From assembly GCA_025603075.1 (NCBI GenBank), contig MU626265.1, forward strand, positions 62,001-126,000: 64,000 bases of DNA, read 5' to 3'. Shown piece after piece: positions 26,319 through 37,229 of the stretch. The position numbers and the translations under genes were made by a program. This DNA is from Neoconidiobolus thromboides FSU 785. Its lineage: Eukaryota; Fungi; Entomophthoromycota. A model generated the notes under the pieces. It made no database searches and was not told the DNA's origin. It was given only the letters and a program-made list of their open reading frames with translations. Within the stretch, counting starts at the first letter, position 1. The number at the start of each line of letters is the position of its first letter.

Positions 26319-27116
26319 TTAATATTTCTTCTTATGAGTTTTAGCAAGATGATCAGTAAATTCTTGGTATGGTGATTTAGAGAATTTAGTTTCAGTCCAG
26401 AGATCTGGGGTGAGGAAAGCGTAGGTGTTACCAATAGCAGCAAAGGTAGCTTTAACAAAGTTACCAAGAGTTCTGGTAGAACCACGGGAAGAGGTATAAC
26501 AATCAGTAATACCAGCAAGTTGAAGTACCTTCTTTGGAGTTGGTGCAGCAACAATACCGGTACCACGTGGAGCTGGTACTAAACGGGTAATAACGGAACC
26601 ACATTTACCAGTGACCTTAATTGGTACGGTATGGGGTTCACCAAGATTAGTTCCCCAATAACCACGACGAACTGGAATAATAGAAAGTTTAGCAAGGATG
26701 ATTGCACCACGAATAGAGGTAGCTACTTCCTTGGAGCACTTAACACCAAGACCAATATGACCATCACCATCACCAATGACAACGAAAGCCTTAAAGCGGG
26801 TACGTTGACCAGCAGTAGTTTGTTTTTGAACTGGCATAATCTTCATGACTTCATCCTTAAGTTTTGGTAAAAAGAAATCAACGATTTGGAACTCCTTAAT
26901 TGGGAGAGAGAAAAGGTAAATTTGTTCAATGGATTTGATCTTACCATCTTTGACAAGACGTCCAAGCTTAGTAACTGGGACCCATTCCTTTTCTTCTTGT
27001 CTTCCACGGCCACCACGTCCACGGCCACCACGACCACGTCCACGGCCACCAGCTCCACGACCACGACCAAATCCACCACGGGAGCCACGAGTATCGGCTA
27101 CAGCACTGTCAGCCAT
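26319..27116 (-). CDS. RPS2: 40S ribosomal protein uS5 (S2), intronless
   Basis: RGG-rich N-terminus, [34 protein letters not shown]. Confidence 0.98.
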   Translation of the reverse strand: MADSAVADTRGSRGGFGRGRGAGGRGRGRGGRGRGGRGRQEEKEWVPVTKLGRLVKDGKIKSIEQIYLFSLPIKEFQIVDFFLPKLKDEVMKIMPVQKQTTAGQRTRFKAFVVIGDGDGHIGLGVKCSKEVATSIRGAIILAKLSIIPVRRGYWGTNLGEPHTVPIKVTGKCGSVITRLVPAPRGTGIVAAPTPKKVLQLAGITDCYTSSRGSTRTLGNFVKATFAAIGNTYAFLTPDLWTETKFSKSPYQEFTDHLAKTHKKKY

Positions 27117-27319
27117 TCTAATAATGGTTGTTCGATGTAGGGTTTAAGAAAATGAGTTGAGTTTAAATCGACCTTAAAGCTGATATACAAATGATAAATG
27201 GTTTTATTAAAAAAACGCTTTATCAAAACAAACAATAAGTTAGAGAGAACGAGTCAAAAATGAAAATTTTAGGTCATTTATATACGACCCTTTACCCATG
27301 AAAATTATAAAAATTTTAT

Positions 27320-27354
27320 GCCAATCAAAAGTGATAGCGTATTTTTTGATTGGC
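27320..27354. promoter_or_regulatory. Inverted pair of CCAAT boxes about 200 bp upstream of RPS2
   Basis: GCCAATCAAAA-13 bp-TTTTGATTGGC, a perfect 11-bp inverted repeat. Confidence 0.45.
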
Positions 27355-28160
27355 TAAAATGAAAAAATTTTCTATTTTAAAGAATTTCAAATTACGATGG
27401 ATTAAATTTTAATGAGATATCCACAAAGTAAAGGGCTTTCCAATAGTCATTTCTTGATGATAGTATTCTAAACAAAAAAGATAAACAGAAGTATAATGAT
27501 ACAAGCATATTTATTCCATCTATCAATTTATGCAATAAAAGTTAAAAAAGCAATGTTGAAGTAAAATTCTAGAAAGTTCATAAAATTGCTTTCAAAGGAT
27601 AGAAAGTTAATTTATTTTAAACTCAGTGAAGATAAAAAGAGATTATTATTTTTTTAAAGTATAAGTAAATTGAGATTAGTAATTTTGAATGGGATTTTAT
27701 CATAGATTTCTAAATAATGACTTTCAAATTAAAAAGATAAAAAGTTCGATGATGATTGGATTGGAAGTTTTTGCATTGAATCAATTACGCAAACTCAAAA
27801 TATAGATGCAATAAAAGCTAAAATACTCATAAAGTTAGTTTACTTTTGAAGTGTTTCCTAAGTTTCATTATTTTTCATTAAGTGTTATTAAATGTAAAAA
27901 ATATTGGCTTTAAAAAAACATCTCTCCTTTAAAAGCAAAAAACAACTTGATTATTTTAGTTCAAAATAAATTTTAATTTAATACTAATTAATTGTTAGTT
28001 TAAATTTTAGAATTTTACATAAGGTAATTGTTTGTATTTAATTAAATAGAAGACATTTACGAATATTTGTTAAACTTATTAATCTTTATAATAAGAAATT
28101 AAGAAATTAAGAAATTAAAATTTTTATATATTTAAATATAAATTTTATGTAAGTATTAAA

Positions 28161-28345
28161 ATATAGGGATGTATTTTAACAATTTTGTTGACAATTTTTC
28201 CGCTCAAATAGCGCTCAAAAGATGAAAAGTGAAGTGTTGTCCCCTAAGAAGTATTTTTAGTTCTTATCATTTTCCCCATTTTTTAAACCCAATTTGAGAT
28301 GAAAAATTATTAGCAAAATTCCTAAACAAAAAATATAACCTCATA
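28161..28345. mobile_element. MITE family 1 head-to-head pair (truncated reverse, then degraded forward)
   Basis: CCGCTCAAATAGCGCTC followed by AAACCCAATTTGAGATGAAAAATTATTAGCAAAATT. Confidence 0.7.
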
Positions 28346-28566
28346 AAGTTTTATCAGTAACTTAAGCAATTAATTTAAATATTGAAAAACTAAAATTTAA
28401 TTAAAATTTAAAATCTAAAAACAGTAATTATTAAATTATAAATTTATTAGTAATAAAGCCTTAATTAAAAAATGTTTTATTCGTTTTTAAGCTTTTATTT
28501 TACTAAAAGTAATAACTATTTAACTTGTAATAATAATAAACTACATATCAGATTTTGTTAGATTTT

Positions 28567-28673
28567 ATGTGAGGATGTTTTTTTTGATTTCATTACTTTT
28601 TCCATTTTTTGAGCATTATTTGAGCGGAAATTTTATCAGCAAAATTCTCAAACAAAAAAATCCGTCCCCATAT
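28567..28673 (+). mobile_element. MITE family 1 copy
   Basis: GAGGATGT...GTCCCCATAT with core. Confidence 0.85.
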
Positions 28674-29264
28674 TTTACCTGTTTTCAGTTTAATTGCTTT
28701 ATATTTTATAAAGAAATTTACAGCTTAAAACAACTGATTAACTAGTTTTTATTTTTACTCAAAATATTAATAGTTTAAATAAATAATAGTATATTTTAAT
28801 AATAAATCTTTTTTATTTTTTGAATTTATAGTCAACTTATTTTAATATAAAACAATAGTAATACTAAAACTATAATGGTTAGACTTATATTAAAAAATAA
28901 TAATAAATATTTAGTTACAACTGTTACAATTTTCTATTTTAATTTTAGTTATATAAAAGTGCCTAAAGTAATTTTGTTTTTTTATTTAATTTTTAAAAAA
29001 ATTTTAAAAATAAATTCTTTGTTAAAAAGTGAAAGTATTTAATAGTTTTAAGCTATTTTATTATAATACATATTACAAGTTAACAGAGTTTTTACTAAAT
29101 TTAATAAAAATGACTAAATTAGCAATAGCTTTGTTAATATAACTATATATCAATATCAATATTAATTATAGTTAATTATTTTCATATGATATAAGCAGTA
29201 TAATAAAAGTTCTTATTTATTATTATGATTATTTATTTTTTAATTATTCATTAACTTAGCTATT

Positions 29265-29370
29265 AATAGAGGATGTATTTTTGTATTTGAGAATTTTAGT
29301 AACAATTTTTCCACTCAAATAGTGCTTAAAAGATGGAAAAAGTAATGAAGCCAAAAAAACATCCCCATAT
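29265..29370 (-). mobile_element. MITE family 1 copy abutting the TGT...ACA element
   Basis: Reverse core CCACTCAAATAGTGCTTAAAAGATGGAA and end AACATCCCCATAT. Confidence 0.85.
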
Positions 29371-29926
29371 GTGAAATCTGATACTCAGTGATTGGAGTCA
29401 GAAACAGCTATTGTTTGGTTGGCTATACTGTAAGTCGAAAGGTCTTAGTTTATATAACTAAGATAGAATTTGGATTATGAAGAATAGCAAGTAATATGCT
29501 ACAGACTATGTAAGACAAATAGAATAGACAATACTACTGTAAAATCTACGTAAACTGCTATCAAAAATATTTAGTGACTTTATTAGATATACGATATTGG
29601 GGAATAATTCAATTAAAAAGTCTCAAACTACTATGTTCTAAAGTCTCTTTTGTACTCCAACAAGCATGTATATCAAAACGAGAGGATAATGTCCCTTGTA
29701 ATTATATGGTAGAAACTCTCATAGCAAATCAAACTAAGAACATGAGGTTGATTTCCTCCGAACTCGAGAACACAACAGCTTAGGTGATTGTTATGCTATA
29801 ATTAACCATGGGACTGACAAAGCGATATTTCACACCTAGCTACATAAACTAAAATCTTCCGACTTACGGCTAGTCGATTAACCAAAAACTGCTTTCGACT
29901 CCAATCACTGAGTACCAGGTTTCACA
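29370..29926. mobile_element. Second copy of the 465-bp TGT...ACA element (29370-29834) followed by an inverted terminal fragment of an older relative (29835-29926)
   Basis: The reverse complement of 29370-29834 matches 13598-14060. 29835-29926 is an imperfect inverted repeat of 29370-29460. Confidence 0.8.
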
Positions 29927-29974
29927 ATATTATATATATTTTGAAATTTTACTTACTTTAAAATAAAATTTATC

Positions 29975-30081
29975 ATATGGGGATGTATTTTTGTATTTAA
30001 GAGTTTTACTAACAATTTTTCCACTCAAATAGCGCTTAAAAGATGAAAAAAATAATGAAGTCAGAAAAAATATCCCCATAT
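29975..30081 (-). mobile_element. MITE family 1 copy
   Basis: ATATGGGGATGT...ATATCCCCATAT. Confidence 0.85.
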
Positions 30082-31197
30082 TTTATTGAAAAATTTAGTG
30101 TTTTTATAAAATCATAAAAATAGAGATTTTAAAAATATAATTTATATAGTTTCTTCTATACTAAAGTAATAATAACCAAAATCAAACATTATTTAAATAT
30201 AATAAAAAACTATTAGGTTTGATATCATTTAGTTTATATTTGATTTAAAATATTTATAAAATAATCAAAAATAATTAAAAATAACCAAAAAATAGCTTAA
30301 AAACCAATTCTTAAATATAAAAAATTAGCTTAAAATAGCATAAAAATTCTATAATAAATTTCAATATAATTTAACTAAAAACAAGTAAATATTATCAGAT
30401 TAAAAAAACATTTATAAAAAAATTAAATTTTAATTTCTTATTAAAATTTATATACTAAATAAATAAATAAATAAAATAACAATAGCTATTGATTGCTCTT
30501 TGTACTTATTAATAAAATCAAAACAATATGCTAATTAAGAGGTTTAGCCAGTATATTTTCAAATCATTTAATTCAATAGGTTGATTAAAATAGCAACTAT
30601 TATTAGCTCAATTTTAATATAATTTAAACTTGGCCAATATAAAATGAATATTTACTTATATTAAAATTAAATCAGTATTATGTAAAAATGTTTTTTGATT
30701 TTATAAATTTATAAAATCCTATTTTGCTATATTCAATTAATTTTTTATAAATAAAAACTGACAAAAGACTAATCTAAGCAGTTAAAATCAATTTTTAAAA
30801 ATTTCAAACAAGTAAAAAAAAGCAAAAATTAAAGTAATTTAGGTTTGATAAAGGTAAATTTACTAACTTTAAAATTCTTCGGCAGTTTATATAATAAAAG
30901 TTAATACTTTATATAAAAAGCTATTATTTAAATTTAACTTAACAAAACTACTTCTATTAAGTTTAAATTACTTTAATTTTTGCCCGCTTTTTTTGCTTAT
31001 TTAATTTTTTAGAAATTTGATCTTAACCACTCAGACTAGTTTTTACCTGATAAGGGATGAAATTTAGTCCACTAATCATCACTCAATTAAAGGTAAAGAA
31101 CAAATATAAGTGGACTTTTATTAAGATTAACCTATTTTTTTACAGTTAAGTAAATTAAGAAAAGGAACTTTACTTTATTTTTAAATTTTTGAAAAAT

Positions 31198-33185
31198 ATG
31201 TACAACAAGGCAAAAGATAGTTTATCTAAGGGATTTGCTTATTTACGCAAACAACTTGGTAATCCAATCTCCTCTGAGCCTGAGGATGGTCAACAAAACA
31301 GCAGCAATAATGTTAAACTCAAAAGAGAAGAATCCAGCGCCCTTGGGGTTGCTGCAGAAGGACAGTTAAACATTCAAAATGATGTTACTATTGAAAGTAA
31401 TGTTGATGAAAACAGTAAGCCATAATATAAATAAATGATATAGCCAAAATAACTCATTTAATCTCCTGAAGTCCCTTCAATTGAAACCGTTGCAAGTAGT
31501 CCTATTTTTGACTCAATAAAAAGAGTTAGAATGCTTGACGAAATTAAGCAATCGGAAGATGGAAGAGATGTTTTCGTGTTTGGTAATGTTGGAGAATGTA
31601 AGATATGAGTTTAAGATATTTAGAAATACACTAATTTTTATTTTTTTAGTTGTACATGTTAATGAGATGAACGTTGTAAATGAGAATGATGTTCTTAAGG
31701 TTGCTAAAGATGGAGAGTTAGCTCCTTATAAGCCAAGTTATCAAACTTTAATTATCACAGATGGTTACCCATATAAGAGGGGTCATGGTCCTGGTTTAGT
31801 GAACCAGAGTTTTTTCTGCTATGCAAATGCATTCTTACAGTGCATATTCAATCTAAATTTATTCAAAGATTTGATCATGTCTCAAGCGCAATTCAAATGT
31901 AGGCTAATTTTATTTATATTTAATAATACTTATATTCTTAAAGGTATCCATGGGTTCAAAAATGAGTCTACATGTTTATTATGCTTCTTTCGAAAAGCAT
32001 TACCATCAATTTATAATGGTGAAATCATAGAGACTTATTTTTTTGGATTGTATTATTATATTGAAGGTAAATAATATTTAATTCATGCTGTAACAGTGCT
32101 AAATATTTTAGGACAAATGATTAAAGCTGATACAAGTACTAACGCAATGAGAGATACATCTGAATTTGGTTTACTTTTGCTTGAATTACTTGAGAAGTGT
32201 TTTATTAATATGGTTAATGATTGGTAAGTTGGTTAGTAGTATACAAAAGCTTTAACTAATAGTTTTATCAGGTCATTTTATCACATTAACAAAATGGATA
32301 ACCCAGTTTGCCAAGTATTTAGTACAACTATGAGGGATACAACTTTATGTGATTTAATGGGACATGAGTCAAACCATTTTTTTACTGATTTTTTTCTGGA
32401 AGTTCCAATACTGAAATATTACCAAACACCTGATGGCGTATTTGCTTATCCTCTTGAAAACATTTATGAATGCCTAAATGAAAAATTTACAGTTGAAGAC
32501 ATTGAATTCAGATGTTCACAATGTGATGAGGAAGAGCCACAATGTAAAAATGAATGCAGAGGTGGTAAAAAGATTCACAAAATGAGCAAACCTGCAAAAG
32601 TCTTATTTATTAAACTTAACAGAGTTGACGATATGGATCCTACAACAAAAATTGAAAGTTCAGTCGAGTTCCCGATTATGTTGGATGTATCCGAATATAC
32701 AGTTAATGATCAGACTGCCAAGTATCAATTAAACTCTATCATTTTACATGATAGCGCAGTAAATAGCTCAGAGGGAGGGCACTATATTACAGTTACTAGG
32801 AATGATAAGAATCAGTATTATTACATGGACGACTCTAGGAAACCAAGGTTAATTAACTTTGAAACCGAAAGAGAAAGTTTATATAAGCAAGCTTGTTTTC
32901 TATCTTATGTTTTGGTAGAAAGTGGAGAAGTTGAAGAGAAGCAATATAGCTATATCGAATTAGCTAAAAACCATTTAAAGAAAGGTATATTATTGTGTTT
33001 ATTTAAATTTAGCTAAACTTTTTTAATTAGATAAAGTAGATACTGTGACTAATAAAAATAAACTTAACAAAAAGAAGCTTAATAAAAAGAACCTTGGGCA
33101 GATACTAAGAGCTAAAAAAAGGAGACCAGAAGATGATGATCAATCCCAAACAGAGAAAAGTGTAAAAAAAGTATTTAAAAATTAA
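31198..33185 (+). CDS. Ubiquitin-specific protease (peptidase C19), divergent, multi-exon
   Basis: Cys box GLVNQSFFCYANAFLQC, His box GGHYITVTR...YYMDDS, LFIKLNR and VEFPIMLD. Lys-rich last exon ends with TAA at 33183-33185. Confidence 0.85.
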
Positions 33186-33539
33186 ATTAAATTAAATTAT
33201 TTTAAAAATTACTCAAAAATAAATTATTGTTATCACTATGTTGAACTTTTTAAACTTTTAATTCTAAAATAAAAATTACCACGTTTTTAGATTGACCAAT
33301 TGGCAATTATTTGAAATTGATAGGTAATGTGTAATTATAATAAAACTTAACCGTATTACAATCTCTATTCTACTTATATTTATACTAACATTCAAGTATA
33401 ATAGAATTAAACATAATATTCATCTCATTTAATGAAGTTCTACACTTTTAATGTTTTAATATTAAGGTTTATAATGTAAACTAATTTATTTCCATTAGTG
33501 ACCATCAACTACCTTTAAATTGTTTTTATTTAATTAAGT

Positions 33540-35085
33540 TTATCCTTCTTCAACCTCAATATCCTCAATATCAGGCAAAGGAAATTTAAGGATAGCAGCA
33601 ATACCAGACAGTTGATTAAGTTCTAAGACTGATTATAGATAATGTTTATAAAAATAAAAATAAAAATCTTACGCTCGCCAGATATATGTAAACTTGAAAA
33701 AACAAGTGCTTCACCACCTGAATTCCTTGTCTGCTGTACCATTTTATTATACATCTTCCTTGTTGGAATATCAGCTGATCTAACATAAAAAAGATTACCA
33801 AATTACACTTTTGTATTTCTGTCTACATAATTTCTACCTAAATAATTCATCCGTAATTAAGAGGGTTTGAATAGCTCCAGATTGATTTGCTAATTTTACA
33901 TGTTGGATGCCGTAAAATGCACGATCTGGGTCCCTATCTAACATGACATAAAATTTGTCCAAGGCAGATACTTCACGAGTAGCTTTAGTGTCACTCATTT
34001 TGATCTTAATTGTTGGATCTGCCATCACTTCTTGTAAGGCATGTTTATGCCCGCTTGAAGCATGGATTGGAATAAATTTAAATTTGTTTTGCAAAATTAC
34101 TTTATTATCTTGTTTCTATACATTTTTAATGTTAGTTCTAATGTTTATATAATAAGTTGATATTTACTATCGCTTGGTCAAAGATATAGGTATAAAACTG
34201 ATCCTGAATAATTTAGTATTAAAATTTATAGTAATATAGTAGTTTACTTTTATAAATCCAGGCCCAGCAATAATAATAACTTTTAATACTTCAAAATTAA
34301 AATGTAACACCAACGCTTGATAAACTTGGTCGAAGAATCTTAGTAAGCCCTAGTAATAGATGTAGTTAGTTCAAACCAATTTATAATAAAATAAATTTAC
34401 TTTTTCATGATTTGTAACTGACCCTCTTCTTTTTCTTGGAATGGGCGCCTCGATTCTTTGTCTAACTATAGTCATATGGCTTGTAACCAAACAAACGTTA
34501 GCAAGTCCTTAAAAAGATAAGTAATCAACCTTGAAACTGGTTTCTTTATTTTACCTTCTTGTAGCACAATAGCGGCTACTTCTGCACTTTTGGTAACGTC
34601 ACAAGCATCCTTGATTCTCTCCATGTCCATCGAGTCCCAATGTTCTTTAATTAATGTGAAGGTCTGATTTAACTCTAAGTCGATAGTATGGAAAGCGCCC
34701 AGCTTTAATAGTTTTTAGTTAAAATCAATCAAAATGTTGGCTTCACTTACTTTGATATATTTATTCTCCGTTATGTTTTTACCGTTAATTCGAAGAAGAC
34801 AGGTAGAGGTATCAAACTCAATCTCAGTTATTGAAATTGTTATTGTTAACTTTACTCGTGTACTATCCGCTGAGCCTGTAGCAGTGTCTAATCGTACGCG
34901 TCTGGTTTTGTCTTGTTACTTTTGTTTATTTTAGTTGCATGTATTTTTTACCTCTCTGTACTTGACTTTAGTTGATCCCCTTTATTTAGTAAGTTATATA
35001 CGTGCCACATGTCTTCATCTTCTTCGCATATTAGACGCACATATCCTGAGCCATCCCTTTCTATAGATTTTGATAGTAGTTTCAT
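33540..35085 (-). CDS. DOM34: Pelota/Dom34 ribosome rescue factor, multi-exon
   Basis: [82 protein letters not shown]. Confidence 0.93.
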
Positions 35086-35160
35086 GCTATCAAGTTTAAT
35101 TTGCTAATCAGACTAAAATGATTTTTGAGCTTATTTTTTTTTTGTGATTGAAGTGACTTT

Positions 35161-35355
35161 ATTAGGTCATTTAAAATATTCCAGTATAGGTTCATGCACA
35201 TCAAAAAATTTGTTAGTTATTAGTTGCAATACCACTAAAAAAGCTGCGCTGAAATATTCTCGTTTTTACTGATAAGAAAATTTTACTGTTGCAGCCAAAA
35301 ATTAGTAGATTTTTATGTGCATGAATTTACACTAGAACATTGCGAACGACCTAAT
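35161..35355. mobile_element. Foldback/MITE family 2 element with ~70-bp imperfect TIRs, in the DOM34 promoter
   Basis: ATTAGGTCATTTAAAATATTCCAGTATAGGTTCATGCACAT... is mirrored by ...ATGTGCATGAATTTACACTAGAACATTGCGAACGACCTAAT. Confidence 0.75.
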
Positions 35356-36018
35356 AATAACCATTATAACTTTACTGTGACCTAAGTTGTGGCAATTTTT
35401 AGAGTTAGATAGTTGATTATTTTTTAATGGCTAATTATTATATTCTAGTTTGATTTTGGCAGAATTGTATTTTAAATGAATAGTTAATAACTTATAGCAA
35501 GGTTAGAGCAGCTGCAAATTTGACTTGAACTACAAAATCGAATCGTGCTTAAAATTATTTATGATGTTATCATTACTCATCTGAACTTTGTCTAATTTAT
35601 AACTACAGTTTAAGAATATCTAAAACAATATTATTTCAAATTTTAATAAGTTAAAGCAATGTTATATTACTTTATTGAATAAACGAAGAAATTTTAATAG
35701 TAAAAATTTACTTCTAGTATTACTATCAATAACTCTGAATTTGCTACAGGTTGATAGCTCTTTAAACATAAAACAAACATTTAATATTCTTAAATAGAAT
35801 AAAAAATCATCAGATATAGTCACTTTTTATAGTGTTTTTTTATAATTTACTTTATAAATAGTTTATCTGAAAATTAGTAGGTCTATTTAATAAAATCCTG
35901 GTTTTAAGGGAGATGTACTATAATGTTAATGTATATGAGTGAGAAGTATTATTAAACGTTTTATAAAATTCTATTACTAAATACTACATATTATCATGGT
36001 TGCTTTGGCAACTTTACT

Positions 36019-36122
36019 ATATAGGGATGTTTTTTTGGCTTCATTACTTTTTCTATCTTTTAAACACTATTTAAGCGAAAAAAATTGTTAATAAAATTCT
36101 TAAACACAAAAATAATCCCATA
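36019..36122 (+). mobile_element. MITE family 1 copy
   Basis: ATATAGGGATGT...ATAATCCCATA with core. Confidence 0.82.
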
Positions 36123-36804
36123 CGTCAACTTTAACATTTAAGGTAATAAAATGTTAAAGCCATATTTTTATTATATAAAAGTCGGACTTTTACTCTTAAA
36201 AGAATTCTGATAAACTTTAAATACAAGTATAAAAATCGCAGTTCATTTCAAAAATGTGTCAATCAAATATGTTCAATCAAATATTATTCTTATAAACAAC
36301 TTATGATATAAATCAAAAATTAATTCATACTAAGAATAAGAAAAAAACATAAAAGTATATATGGTACTGGTCAATATAGTTGGTTAGAGGTCAGGTTAAA
36401 GCTAGGGATTGGCTAGTATTAACATTTAACTAAATATTCGAAAACTGGTTTTTATTTACTGTACATATTAATAATATCAGTTTATTTTTAAAATTATAAA
36501 ACAAAAAACTATAAACTATGCTTATATAAAATAAGTACTTTTCTCTTTAAAGCAAGAATAAAAAAACTACACTTATTTTTATATGAATCTGCTAAATACT
36601 GCAGATAATCATTAAAGCAACATATAAGTTATCTTTTATGCTATTTTTATTGTATAGATATTTCTTTTGTTTCGTTTTTTAATCCGTCTTTATAAAGATG
36701 AAATCACAAAAAACATTAATCAACCGAGTATATAAATGGACTCATTTATGTCTACTCCAGTATAAATTTAAATGTACGGATGCTTGGAAAAAGATGAATT
36801 CAGG

Positions 36805-36910
36805 ATATGGGAATGTTTTTTTTAACTTCATTGTTTTTTCCATTTTTTAAATGCTATTTAAGCGAAAGTTTGTTAGTAAAATTCTTGAATACAAAAATAC
36901 ATCCCCATAT
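36805..36910 (+). mobile_element. MITE family 1 copy
   Basis: ATATGGGAATGT...ACATCCCCATAT. Confidence 0.85.
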
Positions 36911-37229
36911 TATAATATATATAATGTCAAATAATACTTACATATGGTTCGCCTATGGTTCATAAAATGATACATTAGAAGTATCCAAATAATAACATAT
37001 GAATTAATCAGAAGGCAAGAAAGTTGCAAAATCAACTTAAATTAGAATTTTATAAAATTAAGCTTGTAATTTAAATTGAACTTGGTTTCCCACTGAATTG
37101 TCTTTAATAGAAAATACGAAAAATTGATAGTTTCTCAATTTGTAAGTGGTTTTAAAGGCTATAATAAAGCATTAAGCAGTTTATAGAGATGTAAATGTAT
37201 ATAAACAAAGATGAGTAAAAGAAAAGGTT

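Noticed and set aside
26300-27147. Five overlapping short ORFs around RPS2
   Set aside because: They are alternative-frame and antisense shadows of a GC-richer, codon-biased gene with GGT/CGT repeats.
29574-29783. 69-aa ORF inside the 465-bp element
   Set aside because: It has no recognisable motif, starts at GTG and is not evidently preserved in the 13.6-kb copy.
29370-29926. A single 557-bp element with 90-bp TIRs
   Set aside because: The 13.6-kb locus shows that the 463-bp TGT...ACA unit has its own 4-bp TSD, so the extra arm is better read as part of an older copy. It is kept only as an alternative.
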